A stretch of 64,000 nucleotides of DNA, from NCBI RefSeq assembly GCF_004010195.1, contig NC_057719.1, positions 45,440,658 through 45,504,657 of the forward strand. Direction: 5' to 3'. Origin of the DNA: Chiloscyllium plagiosum (lineage: Eukaryota). A program made the position numbers and the translations under genes. Positions 10,695 through 23,720 of the stretch are shown piece by piece. The notes below the pieces were generated by a model, which was not told where the DNA came from, made no database searches, and saw nothing but the letters and a program-made list of their open reading frames with translations. The first letter of the stretch is position 1, and each line of letters opens with the position of its first letter.

Positions 10695-12482
10695 AAAATC
10701 AGGAGGGCAAAAAAGGGGACATCAGATAGCTTTGGCAAATAGAGTTAAAGAGAATCCGAAGGACAAAAGCGTAACTAGGGAGAGAATAGGGCCCCTCAAA
10801 GATCGCAAGGTGGCCTTTGTGTGGAGCCGCAGAAAATGGGGGAGATACTAAATGAATATTTTGCATCAGTATTTACTGTGGAAAAGAACATGGAAGATAT
10901 AGAGTGTGGGGAAATAGATGGTGATATCTTGAAAAATGTCTTTATTACAGAGGAGGAAGTGCTGGATGTCTTGAAATGCATAAAAGTGATTAAATCCCCA
11001 GGACCTGAACAGGTGTTCCCTAGCTAGGGAAGTGATTGCTGGACCTCTAACTGAAATATTTGTATCATCAATAGTCACAGGTGAGGTGCCAGAAGATTGG
11101 AGGTTGGCTAACATGGTGCCACTGATTAAGAAAGGTGGTAAAGGCAAGCCAGGGAACTATAGACCAGTGAGCCTAACGTCGGTGGTGGGCAAGTTGTTGA
11201 AGGGAATCCTGAGGGACAGGATGTACATGTATTTGGAAAGGCAAGGACTGAATAGGAATAGTCAACATGCCTTTTGTGTGTGGAAAAGCATGTCTCACAA
11301 ACGTGATTGAGTTTTTTGAAGAAGTAACAAAGAGGATTGATGAGGACAGGGTGGTAGATGTGATCTATATGGACTTCAGTAAGGCAGTTGACCAGGTTTC
11401 CCATGGGAGACTGGTCAGCAAGGTTAGATCTCATGGTATACAGGGAGAACTAGCCATTTGGATACAGAACTGGCTCAAAGGAAGAAGACAGAGGATGGTG
11501 GTAGAGGGTTGTTTTTCAGATTGGAGGCCTGTGACCAGTGGAGTGCCAAAAGAATTGGTGCTAGGTCCACTACTTTCATCATTTTATATAAATGATTTGG
11601 ATGTGAGCATAAGAGGTATAGTTAGTAAGTTTGCAGATGACACCAAAATTGGAGGCGTAGTGGATAGCGAAGAAGGTTACCTCAGAGTGCAACAGGATCT
11701 TGATCAGATGGGCCAATGGGCTGAGAAGTGGCAGATGGAGTCTAATTCAGATAAATGCGAGGTGTTGCATTTTGGGAAAGCAAATCTTAGCAGGACTTAT
11801 GCTCTTAGTGGTAAGGTCCTCGGGTGTGTTGCTAAACAAAGAGACCTTGGAGTGCAGGTAGATAGGATAGTGAAGGTGTTTGGTATGCTTTCCTTTATTG
11901 GTCAGAGTATTGAGTACAGGAGTTGGGAGGTCATGTTGCGGCTGTACAGGACATTAGTTAGGCAACTGTTGGAATATTGCATGCAATTCTGGTCTCCAAG
12001 ATATTGTGAAATTTGAAAGGTTTCAGAAAATATTTACGAGGATGTTGCCAGGGCTGGAGGATTTGAGCTTATAGGGAGAGGCTGAAGAGGCTGTCGCTGT
12101 TTTCCCTGGAGCGTTGGAGGCTGAAGAGTGACCTTATGGAGGTTTATAAAAACATGAGGGGCATGGATAGGATAAATGGACAAAATCTTTTCCCTGGTGT
12201 GGGGAAGTCCAGAACTAGAGGGCATAGGTTTAGGGTGAGAGGGGAAAGATATAAGAGACCTAAGAGGCAATGTCTTCACGCAGAGGGTGGTACGTGTATG
12301 GAATGAGCTGCCAGAGGAAGTGGTGGAGGCTGGTACAATTGCAATTCTGGATGGGTATATGAAAAGGAAGGGTTTGGAGGAATGTGGACCGGGTGCAGGC
12401 AGATGGGATGAGATTGGGTTGGGATATGTGGTCGGCATGGACCGAAGGGCCTGTTTCCGTGCTGTACATCTCTATGACTCTA
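10695..12482 (+). mobile_element. CR1 LINE, 5'-truncated and frameshifted, in the PTGDR intron
   Basis: ORFs with LNEYFASVFT, KSPGP, NYRPVSLTSVVGK, FADDTK; tail CTCTATGACTCTA. Confidence 0.95.
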
Positions 12483-12579
12483 CTGCCTTCATGAGAAATT
12501 AATTTGTCTGCTCTTTTGCCATTCACAATTTTTGAATGTCAGTTGTAACTTAATTGTGAACATTCTCACATTTGAATCA

Positions 12580-12945
12580 AACACATTTGGGGTTTGAGTC
12601 TCACTGCACAACTTGAGCAGAAATGTCTGAGTTGACATTCCAGATCGAACTGACGGAGTGCTATACTGTTGCTTTCAGATGATATGTTAACTATACCCTC
12701 CTTCTCAGGTACACAGAAATGATCACATGGAATTGTTTTGGAGAAAAGCAGAGGAATGTTCCCAGTGTTTCCACCATACTCATTCCTAAATCAACATAAT
12801 AAAAACAAACAACCTAGCCATCATAACATTAGCTGTTCATGGGAATCTGCTGTGTGCAAATTGGCTGCATAATTTCCTACATTACAACAGAAATAATACT
12901 TCATTGATTTAGAGTACTTTGAGACATGGAGTTGATCTTTTGTAG
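12580..12945 (+). mobile_element. Old tRNA-derived SINE (DeuSINE/SacSINE-like)
   Basis: B-box-like GGGTTTGAGTCTCACT; 3' part TGCTGTGTGCAAATTGGCTGC...CCTACATTACAACAG; related pieces near 19020 and 59460. Family name is from recall. Confidence 0.5.
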
Positions 12946-13212
12946 TCTTTGGTTCTGCTTCTGTGAATATAAAACAGTAAGTTATTGTTGTTATGTTACA
13001 AACTAAACAGTGAATACAAAATAACAAGTGGAATTCATTCAGCTTGGAACTGGTTTTTCCAGTGTAGACTAAATGGCAGCAAATTTATTATGTCCAACAA
13101 ATTGACGTGTCAAATTCTAAATTCAACATTACTTATTGATTGGGCGAGTGCTACTTTCATCCGGTTTCAGATCCTGGATTCTGTATTGGGTAATGATCAT
13201 TTCAGTGATAAG

Positions 13213-13865
13213 ACCATAAGTCACGTGGGCAGAAGTAGATCATTCAGCCCATCTAGTCTGCTCTGCGATTCAAGTCTGCTCTGCTCTGCCTGGCTAATCT
13301 GATAATCCTCAACTCCACTTTCCTGCTTTTTCTCTATAACCATTAATTCCCTTACTATTCAAAAATCTGTCTATCTTAGACCCAGTCTCTACAATCCTCT
13401 ATGGTAAAGAATGCCACAGGCTAACTGCCCTCTGACAGAGATATGGTGGAAATTCTTTCGTCAAAAATGGGTGACCCCTTATTCTGAGATTATGTCCAGA
13501 CTCTACCACTAGGGGAACTTTCCACATCTACCCTGACCAGTCCCCAAAGAATTATGAATGTTTTAATAAAGTTGCCTCTCATTTTTCTTGACTCTCGTGA
13601 GTACGGACTAAACCTGTTTGACCTCTCCTCATAAGACAGTCCTTCCATACCTGGAATCAGTCTGGTGAACCTTTTCTGAAGTACCCCCAAAGCCAGCAAA
13701 TCTTTTCTTCAATAAGGGGCCTAAAACTGTTCACAATAATCTAGGTATGGTTTAATTAGGACTTTGTAGAGCAAGACTTGCTTATTTTTATACTCCATTC
13801 CCTTTGAAATAAAGGCCAACACTCAATTCACCTTCTCTATTACCCACTGAATTTGATGAATGATA
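13213..13865 (-). mobile_element. CR1 LINE 3' fragment (second subfamily)
   Basis: Minus-strand ORF LQKRFTRLIPGMEGLSYEER...MRGNFIKTF; AGACCATAAG-type tail. Confidence 0.85.
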
Positions 13866-13867
13866 AA

Positions 13868-14397
13868 TGATTTATTTATTGTTACATATATCCAGGGAGA
13901 TACAGTGAAAAATGTTCTGTTGCCAAAATCCAGCGCCATGTTGAGGTACAAGAAAAGAATAAAAGAAAATACTTAAGTAGAGTTCATCTTCATCAGCTGG
14001 GGTCTCAAACATGACTCCAGGACTTCTACTGTGTGCCCGCTCTGGGCCTAGCACAGTTAGGCATCCCCAATCTGTTACTGCTGCAGCCACACCAGGAGTC
14101 CCCACTGACACCACTCTGGTCTCTCTACAATGTGAGGAAGATGAAGAAAAGAAAAAGAAAAAAAAGGGCCTGGAGTGGATGGGCTCAGTCCAAACACAGC
14201 CTTGCTCACCGGGAGACATGGCTGAGGTGGAGCCACAGCTGGCTTGTCCTGCAGATACTTCCTCCTTACTTGCCACACTCTGAGCTTTAAAGAAAACAAA
14301 GGAAAAAGGAGAGCAAAAGTGACGAGATGAGAAGAAAGAGAACAGGGAGGAGTAGATGAGCTCTGGGCTCAGCCCTGCTACACCACCACCACCTTGA
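13868..14397 (-). mobile_element. Non-coding retroposon with a Rex1/Babar-like 3' terminus
   Basis: On the minus strand it ends TTTTCACTGT...TGTAACAATAAATAAA like the Rex copies and starts CAAGGTGGTGG; no recognisable coding similarity. Confidence 0.5.
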
Positions 14398-15471
14398 ATT
14401 GTAGTAAATTGGATGCTAACGTTTTGTGACATGAAGAGACTAGAAAAGTTGGAATCATTTTTTTGAAGCAAGTAAAGCTAAAGGGAGATGTAATAAAGAT
14501 GCTCAAAATTATAAGGCCTGTTGATAAGAGGAAAAAAGAGATGCATTTTTCACTGGCTGGACAGTCAATAACCAGAGAACATTGATATAGGAAAATTGGC
14601 TTAAAGAAGGGAAGAAGATATTTTTTAGATCTTGATCTCCAGTGCTGATATCATTTCTCACTACAGACTGATTTTTTTCCTTTACTACTTTTGTAAAGTT
14701 CCATCACCTCCTTTTCCTTCCTGCCTATCCAACCAAAACGTTGAGTACCCTTAGATATTCAGTTTCCAAATCTGGTCTCCCTGCAACTATATCTCAGTCA
14801 TCACTACCAAACCATACTCATTTGTCGATATTTACACTCATTAATTTTATTCAAAATGCTTTGTGCATTCAGATAAAAAGACTTTAAGATTGTTTTCTGT
14901 TATCAAATTTCCCTACTGTTGTTGGATTCCTTGGTGCAAAATAATATTTATACATTTGGTCCCTTCCTTTCATTTTCTGTAGCAATCAGGTCATTTTGAA
15001 AAGGATAAGGTTGCTGAAGTATGGGAAGAGAAAATGCAAACAGTCAAAGACCGCAGAAAAGCATAAAATTCTTTACATCAAACTTGATTAATTTTGACCA
15101 AGGTCTTACAGCTCTATATAGGGACCTGAAAGTGTGCCTAATGACAAACAATTCAAGGAACTAAATTGGACATATTCTTCTTTTCTGCCTCTATAACATG
15201 ATAGGAAATTCCTGGAAATGTAACGCTGGAAATTGCAAATATGCAGCCCTTGAACTTCAGTCCATTATTTTTTGAATTACAATTGTGTGATTTTCTGATG
15301 TATGCATCAGAAGAGGTACTGTAATCTGTAATCAGTGAGCATATCACTGTAGAAACCATAAGCTAAAGGCCCCTCAGATACAAAGTCAGTTTCTGTACCA
15401 ATCCCGACCAAACTCAATACCATGAAATTGCAGGTTTTGGGGAACATTCAATGTATGTGTATATCTTAAAC

Positions 15472-16373
15472 TAGAGTCATAGAGATGTACAGCACAGAAG
15501 CAGACTCTTCGGTCCACTTGTCCATGCCAACCAGATAACCTAATCTAGTCCCATTTGTCGGCATTTTGCCTATACCCCTCTAAACTATTCCTATTCATAT
15601 ACACATCCTGATGCCTTTTAAAAGCTGTAATTGTACCAGCCTCCACCACTTCCTCTGGCAACTGATTCCACATATGCACCACCCTCTGTGTGAAAAAGGT
15701 GCCTCTTAGGTCCCTTTTCCCCTCTCACCCTAAACCTATGCCTTCAAGTTCTGGACTCCCCTACCCCAGGGAAAGGACCTTGTCTATTTATCCTATCCAT
15801 GCTCCTCCTGATTTTATAAACATCTATAAGGTAACCCCTCAGCCTCTGATACTCGATGGAAAACAACCTCAGCCTCTTCAGCCTTTCCCTAGAGCTCAAA
15901 TCCTCTAACCTTGGCAGCATCCTTGTAAATCGTTTCTGAACCCTTTCAGGTTTCACAACATCCTTCATATAAGAGGGAGACCGAAATTGCACACAATATT
16001 CCAAAAGTGTCCTAATCAATGAACTGTACAGCCGCAACATGACCTCCCAGCTCCTATACTCAATGCTCTGACCAATAAAGTCAAGCATACTAAACACTTT
16101 CATCACTATCCTATCTACCTGCTACTCTACTTTCAAGGAACTTGCACTCCAAGAATTCATTGTTCAGCAACACTCCCCAGGACCTTACCATTAAGTGTAT
16201 AAGTCCTGCCCTGATTTCCCTTTCCCAAGTGCAGCACCTCACATTTATCTAAATTAAACTCCCTCTGCCACTCCTCGGCCCATTGGTCAATCTGATCCTG
16301 TTGTACTCTGAGATAACGTTCTTCGCTGTCTGCTACACCTCCCATTTTGGCTCATCTGCAAACTTACTAACTA
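15472..16373 (-). mobile_element. CR1 LINE 3' fragment
   Basis: Minus-strand ORFs WAEEWQREFNLDKC and LEYCVQF..ERVQKRFTRM; TAGAGTCATAGAG tail. Confidence 0.93.
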
Positions 16374-17339
16374 CTATTGAATCAAATCTGCAAAATTGGT
16401 CACTTTTGTTCAATGAAAGATGTGCTTTTTAAACTGATTAAAAGCATTTACCTGTGTAAGTATTCAGAGATTCTCAAGGTGTTTATGTAACCAGGTAAAA
16501 CAGCTGAGTGACCAAGTGCAATAATGTACTAGTGCTCTACCAGGATACCAAATCTGCTTCCAGGACACCCTGGAGGGTGAATAGGGATAACAAAGTTCAG
16601 AACTAGTTCTCTATAACTTCCAAAAGGTGGATTTGGTAGCTGATGATGATGCAGGTAATAATTTACTTTCTCAGCACCTAGAATCATAAACAAATTGAAA
16701 GTACCGTCTACTGCTCCCTATCCATTTAATATGGGTCTGTTTTATGAAGGCAGAGGACTTGCAGGTGGCCAGCCATGAGAACCTGTTCAATCCACTACCC
16801 AGTGTATTTAAGATTGTTAAAGAGCTCATTGAAGGAATGTTGAGATTTTGGTTGAGATGCACAAGCTGCACTCTGGGTCGGATTGCTCAGTAGCATGGAG
16901 GTGAATCCATGTGTGAACCAGTCAAGACCACCCCAACAAATGAGGTGAGCACATGAACGAGGGGACAGTCAAGAAGAGCACAGCAGTTGGGCTGGTCATT
17001 GGGGAGCCTCTTTCTGTGGTCAGGAAACAAAAGGCTTGTCAACTAGACCCTCAACTAAAGACCTGTCATCAAGGGGGCATAAAAGAATGGGGCACAACTG
17101 CCAAACACAACTGGGAGACCATCTCAATAGCTGGATTGTGATTCTCAGAGTTTGGATCCAGTGAGGAGGAGCAACATTCTTTGCAAGAAGGGCAGAACTG
17201 GTGACCTCACATCTTACAGTTCATCTCACCGTGCATTGCCAGTAGCTGTCAGGATCAGTGTAACCATGAACATTTTTATCCCTGGCTTCATCAAAGAATT
17301 ATCTGCAGATCCTAGCGGTATCTGACAAACAGCTGCACG

Positions 17340-17570
17340 CTGATGCATCTTGCAGCCCACTGATGACCTGTTTGCCAAAGCTGGGCAAGATATTCAATCT
17401 CAGACAACTGGATCATCTCAGGCAAAGTGAGAGGTATCATTGATTGCACCAAAGTGCCTGTCAAAGAACCCAATGAGAAGCCAGTTGGATCCATCAACAG
17501 AAAGGCCATCCACTCTCTGTGTTCAGATGGTATGTGGCCACAACAACTTTCACAAAGCATGCATGTGTCA
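17340..17570 (+). mobile_element. PIF/Harbinger transposase relic
   Basis: VRGIIDCTKVPVKEP..INRKAIHSL.VQMVC resembles the HARBI1-type motif G.IDCTH...NRKG.HS.NVQ..C. Confidence 0.75.
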
Positions 17571-20415
17571 TCCTCCCCTGTCAGTCCAGGCCAGTTCTGC
17601 ATTCCCGTATAGCTTTCCATGAGGTTGGCTACTTTCTCAATTGAGGGATTCATGCACTCAAAGCCCTGAACCCTGCTGACTTGCCAGCTCAATGGGCCTG
17701 CCCTGTTTCAGGGCATTCCTTCCATCTAAGAATTCCACTTCCTATTTGTGCTCACCATCAAGGATGCCCATTTCGCCTTCCCTAACATGCTCATGGTTGG
17801 CTAGCAATCTCCTTGACTGCCTCCTCCATGGTGGTGATTGTGTACAAGGATGGACTTATTCCAAACATTGGGGACTTTAATAGGCATTGCAAACCAGTTC
17901 TCCCGCAAGGCAAAAATAGGCAGACACAAAGAACTGTTGATCTCAGTGATCAGTGCCTCATTAGAGGCTGCTTGTGCCAGTACTGACAGGTCATCAGCAC
18001 TTTGCACCTGTTTAGGAGTATCATGCAGCCTCAGGTGTGCCTGCTGGAGATTGAATGTTCAGAGGCCTGTCTTGTGGGTCTATTGCATTCCTCTCGACGG
18101 AACAAGTAAGATCATTGAGCCCTTTGTTGCACTGGACCCAGTTCCTTCTCACCACTGTCTGCTCACTGTCTCCGTCACCTTGAATCAATACTGTTTTGAT
18201 GGTAGGGGGGTGGCTTTACTCTGTGCCAATTTTTGGAGCAAAGGACTGTCCTCCTCTTCCTCACTGTTGTGTAGTGATTTTCTAGGTTGGCACCATCAAA
18301 TTGAAGGGCAACTGTGGCCCAGGTTCCTGATGATGAGCTTCAAGGTATGCAGCATTTCAATTGGTAAGCTGGTAGCTGCAGTAATGGCTGACATGTTCTA
18401 TTTAAATTGGACCATCTCTCTTTCAGGCTGCCTCTGTTTCTAGCCCCACAGCCATTAATTGGCTGCCAAGCCTACCCTTAACCGTCTGTCCCCAATAGAA
18501 AATCAGGGGCTATGACCTTTACCCCCTCTCTAGCAGCAAATGGAACATGGAAATCATCTTGAACCTTGATTTCCTGAGTAACAAGGAAAATCAGGCCATG
18601 TCAAAAATTGGTGGGTTCAAGTCCCATTTCAGAGTTTTTCTTTATATTAACTGAGGAACTAGCTCTTCAAGTCCATCATAACAAAAACAAAAGTTCAAAG
18701 AAAACTTAAATTGAAATTAAAATAACATTTTGAGGGGAGATACCACATTCCAGTGCCTGTGGTGCCCATCAGTCATGGAAGGCTTCAAGCATCACAGTTT
18801 ACACTTTGCACACTCGCCACACACACCCAGGCATCCACATAAATATTAAAGACGGTAGGAAGTCAGTGTCATGGCCATGTTGTCTGGGCTTATTCTAGAG
18901 ACTTTGGTCATTCAGGAGGTAGCTGAAAGAGGAAGTCATGCATGTTGTCTCCCTTCTGTTCATTTATCCCTCAACTAACACGAGATGGATGACTTAGTTT
19001 CTCCTATTATCATATTCTTGTTTGGTAATCTGCTGTCTGCAAATTAGTCTCAGTAACTCTTACTATTAGAACTGTGATTGCATTCCAAAAAGTGACTGGT
19101 TAGCATGGTTGGCTAGACAGATGAATTCCACTATAAGGTTATGCCAACCATATGGGTTCAATTCCTGCGCCTCCTGAAGTCACCATAAAAGTCCCAGCTT
19201 CTCAACCTCTCCTGTGCACTTCCACCTAAAATGTGCTGACTTTCAGGTTTAACCACCACCAACTTATAGGAAAATAGGTGATGTCACCTTTTACACTCTG
19301 AAGTAATTCTTTCAGCTATGAAATGCTTTTAGACATGTGAGGTCATAAAAGCTGCAAAATCAAAGTCTTTGCTTTTTTTAAGCATGCCAGTATACTTAAT
19401 GAATAGCAGCAGGAGTAACTTATTTCGCCTGTTGTGCCTACTCCACCCATCAACATGATCATGTCTGATCCTTTTTCTCAATGCCATATGCCTTTCCTTT
19501 GCCATTACTGCTCGACCCCTTTAGCTCCTAGAAATTGATCTCTTTCTGAAACATATTCAGTGTGTTACCCTAAACAGCCTTTTGTGGTAAAGAATTTCAT
19601 AGGTTCACCACCCTATGAATGAAGAAATTTCTCCTCAGCTCAATCTGAAATGATTTACTCTGTATTCTGTCACTAACCTAGCCCTAGCCTTTTATAACTG
19701 TCATGCCCAACGGGTGCATCCACCATGTGGTCAGTGAACTGTAGACTAATATAAACCCCTCTTATTTGTAAGGACTCAAGTTAAAGAAGACCAACTGTCA
19801 AGCTTTTTGTTTAAACAGGGTTAAGGTTAATTTATTACAAGTTATTACTGAAGGTTTATTTAGGGATAAAAAGATGTTAACAGAAATTTCTGATATTGTG
19901 ATTAAAACTTGCACCTATAAGATGAGTCAGTCCCATTACATTTCTGTTAGGGCCTGTTGCCTGTTGGATGAGTTCTTTATTGTTGAAGTGCAAAGATGAA
20001 CATTTAAAGTCAGATCCAGGAGCTGCAATGTTTTCTGTTATTGCATAGTTGCTGTTTTGTTGTGTATATCGAGCAGAAATTCAGAAGATTTTGGAAGAGA
20101 GAAAATACCTGGTTTTTAGTTCTGCAGATGTGGAATTTTTAACAGCCCAGTTTCTTTACACCAAACCAAGAGCTGTTTTCAGATATCTCTCTTTTTCTCT
20201 CTCTTCTTCACTTACTTTCTGACTGATGAGATATTTTCTTCAAGATGGGATCTCCCTTTGTCATCCTTTAGCAAAGGTCCCCTGTGAGGGTAGTTCTCAA
20301 AGGTGCCTTCAAAATGTCTGTTTTTCACTGGGTGTCTCTATGTAGTTCCAAGCTCAAAATGTCAGTCTATTAATTTTGAGGAATCGAGGCTTCCACAAAG
20401 CAAAACAAAATCAGT

Positions 20416-20740
20416 TATAGAACATAGAACAAAGGAAAGTACAGCATAGAACAGGCTCTTCAGCCCACAACATTGTTCCGAGGATTATTCCTAATCTATA
20501 ATAAAATAACCTAACCTATGCATCCCTCAATTCACTGCTGTCCATGTATATGTCCAACAGTCACCTAAATGTCCCTATTGACTCTGCTTCCACCACCACT
20601 GCTGGCAACGCATTCCATGCATTCACTACTCTCTATGTAAAGAACCTACCTCTGATGTCTCCTCTATGCCTTCCTCCTAACACCTTAAAACTATGACCCC
20701 TCGTGCCAGTCAATCCTGCCCTGGGGAAAAATCTCTGGCT
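20416..20740 (-). mobile_element. CR1 LINE 3' end with (ATAGAAC)n tail
   Basis: ATAGAACATAGAAC tail and a CR1 3' sequence resembling the subfamily at 57400-57655. Confidence 0.8.
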
Positions 20741-21142
20741 TTTATGATGAGTCCGTTTGAAGTTCTTTCTCATGTTTCCTATCAAAGAGGAGTAAAGATA
20801 AATCCTGGAACGGTTTTAGAAAGTCAATGTGCCTAATCACCCAGTCACACTTGTAGAATGATGAGTTGTTTCAAATCCATTTTGGTTTAAAAGTAAAACA
20901 TGGAATCTGGTTACTACCTAAATCACTGCAAACTTGTTCTGAATCTATAACCTTTCTCTGGATCAACAAGTCATAATTTGTTCAGTTATTTCTATAAATT
21001 AATTTTAGAATCCAGCTTTTCTTTATTACTTAAGATCTAAAAGACAGCATCATCTAATGTATTTCCTGGTGTCAAGCACATTTAAATTTGATGCTTCATA
21101 TAATGAAAGTTTCTTAAATCATACCTTCTTTCATCTTCATAG

Positions 21143-21346
21143 GTCCGGGCATATATTGGTGCTTTTGCTCCTGATGAAAGCGAAGAAGGAGATCTGATTG
21201 CTCTAAGGCTTGCGTCCGTGAATTCAATCGTTGACCCATGGGTTTTCATCATTTTCAGGACCTCTTTATTTCGAAAGTTACTTCTCATGTGTTGCAAGTT
21301 TTCTCCTCCAACCCTGCGTGTGGAATCTTGGAGTATAAATCACTAA
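21143..21346 (+). CDS. PTGDR: Prostaglandin D2 receptor DP1, coding exon 2 (ECL3, TM7, C-tail, stop)
   Basis: Acceptor TTCTTTCATCTTCATAG|GTC, phase 0; translates VRAYIGAF...[32 protein letters not shown]...NH*, with the prostanoid TM7 Arg and DPW motif. Not in the ORF track because it has no start codon. Confidence 0.93.
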   Translation, partial: VRAYIGAFAPDESEEGDLIALRLASVNSIVDPWVFIIFRTSLFRKLLLMCCKFSPPTLRVESWSINH

Positions 21347-23507
21347 AGACTGCTTTAGTCTAATTTTTTTATTGTCTTGTCCTTTGATTTGTCCAATTAC
21401 AGAAAGGCCTATCAAGTAAGACATGAGTGACAAAACCCAATAGCCTAACAAAAAAACCTTTAATGTTATGAATGAAACTTTTCCTATTGGAACTGGAGGA
21501 GAGAAACCTAATATGGCGATTAAATTATATCCTTGTTGCACATCACTTGGAAATTGCAAGATATGTTTTCTGATAGGTTTACGTGCTTAACGCGTGTATG
21601 TTTGTTACCATCAAGTGCATCTAACTGCTGTCCAGAATGCACTGTTGAGGGCCTACATTTGTCTTTAATACATAGAGTCATTCTAAGTTGATTGATATTT
21701 TTTAGGTCAGTCTGAATTTCAAATATAAATGGCACTCTGGACTAAGCTCCTTCTCACTATGATTCATCTGTAGACAAAATTGAAGCTCTAGCCTGCTTTC
21801 AATTCTTAAAGCAGCTACTGTACTTGGAACTCTGTAGTGATGGGAGACTCACAGGAGGACAATGGAAAATTTTAGATATATGTCCTGAAAGCATCCCTAA
21901 AGAGGTCAAAAATTCCACAAACCTATCAAAATGTAATTCATTTGAGAAGGCACTGTGCACTTTGAAAGACTTCATCAAGATCATAGGTAGGCAAAGTCGA
22001 GACACTCAACAGGGTGCACAGATCTCCCAATAACCCAACCCTTCATGAACCACCTGTCCTGCAAATGCGAAATCTGCAGATTGTGTATTAATCTTTTCAA
22101 TCATCTCAGAACCCATCAAACTGGAATGGAAGCAAGTCATCCTGAATACTGAGGGACTGTCTAAGAGATAATCGTTTCATATGCAGTTTTACTGGGGACT
22201 AAAAGCAATGCTAATCCAGAAAATCAAAATTTCGGCAAAATATCTCAGCCCTTTACTGCCCTAGCAAGGCTTGATTCTGGCTACAAAGAGGGTAAAATTC
22301 AGTATGGGGTTGTTCTGTCACAAGAGCTTCAATTTTTACTGGTCACAGAGAGACATTTGGAAATCTTAAATCTTCTCAATGTTCAAATAGTTACACTAGT
22401 GATGTTACTATTGCATCCACATAATATAGATGAATATTTTAATTATTCATTTTGACGAATCTATGTGCTTGACATTCTGTGAAATAGTAAGTGCGCTCTT
22501 TACATGTGGTTTAAAGTCCTTGTTATATCTTATACTTACGTACGTAATTCTAGAGAATATTTGTTGTTATTATGTAGGCACTATATTTACATATTTGTTT
22601 CTTTCTCCAATTTCCATGCCTTTATCTTTCCTTTCTGAAGGCTTTGTGTCATACAAGGGTAAACTTGTGTGTCAATAACTCTCCAATATTTTAACAAAGT
22701 GGCCAGTCTTCATGTGCCCTCATCAATAGGTTCTGGGGGAGGGATTGTAGCAGAAGGAAATCTGTCTTAGTGTCATAGAATTATACAGATGTACAGTACG
22801 GAAACAAACCCTTCAATCCAACTCATCCATGCTGACCAGATATTCTAAATTAATCTGATTCCATTTGCCAGCACGTGGCCCAAATCCCTCTAAACCCTTC
22901 CTATTCATATATCCAACCAGATGTCTTTTAAATGTTGTAATTATACCAGCCTCCATCAGTTCCTCTGGCAGCTCATTCCATACATGCACCAACATTTGCA
23001 CGAAAAAGTTGCCCCTTAGGTCCCTTTCAAATCTTTCCCCTCTCAACCTAAACTTATGCCCTCTAGTTCTGGACTCCCCCACCCCAGGGAAAAGACCTTG
23101 TCTATTTACTCTATCCATGCCTCTCACGATTTCATAAACCTCTGTAAGGTCACCCCTCAGCCTCTTATGCTGCAGGGAAAACAGCCCCAGCCTCTTCAGC
23201 CTCTCCCGATAGATCAAACCCTCCAGCACTGGCAACATCCTTGTAAATCTTTTCTGAATCCTTTCAAGTTTCACAACATCCTTCCTATAAGAGGGAGTGC
23301 AGAATTGCAAGCAATATTTCAAAAGTGGCCTAATCAATATCCTGTACAGCTGCAACATGACCTCCCAACTCCTATACTCAATGTTGTGACCAATGAAGGC
23401 AAGCATACTAAACACTTTCTTCACTATCCTATCTACCTTTGACTCTACTTTCAAGGAACTATGAAGCTGCACTCCCAGGTCTCTTTGTTCAGCAACACTT
23501 CCTAGTA

Positions 23508-23720
23508 GCTGGAAATGTGTTGCTGGAAAAGCGCAGCAGGTCATGCAGCATCTAGGGAACAGGAGAATCGACGTTTCGGGCATTAGCCCTTCTTCAGGAA
23601 GGGCTAATGCCCGAAACGTCGATTCTCCTGTTCCCTAGATGCTGCCTGACCTGCTGCACTTTTCCAGCAACACATTTCCAGCTCTGATCTCCAGCATCTG
23701 CAGACCTCACTTTCTCCTCA
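23508..23720 (+). mobile_element. Penelope pLTR palindromic insertion (family A)
   Basis: 14 bp TSD AACACTTCCTAGTA at 23494-23507 and 23721-23734; 86 bp inverted arms 23507-23592 and 23598-23683; minus strand has CTGAAGA-A-GGGC-TAAT-GCCC-GAAACGTC. Confidence 0.92.

Noticed and set aside
17838..18443. 201 aa ORF
   Set aside because: No recognisable domain; it lies next to a Harbinger relic and is probably a chance frame in transposon-derived DNA.
21812..22033. Possible alternative C-terminal exon of PTGDR (TTCTTAAAG acceptor plus an open frame of ~70 codons)
   Set aside because: No convincing in-phase donor in exon 2 and no recognisable homology; more likely 3' UTR. RNA-seq could reopen this.
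23508..23720. MITE / DNA transposon interpretation of the hairpin insertions
   Set aside because: Arms are asymmetric with a one-sided tail, TSD length varies (9-15 bp), and the sequence is continuous with PLE ORF ends elsewhere in the window.
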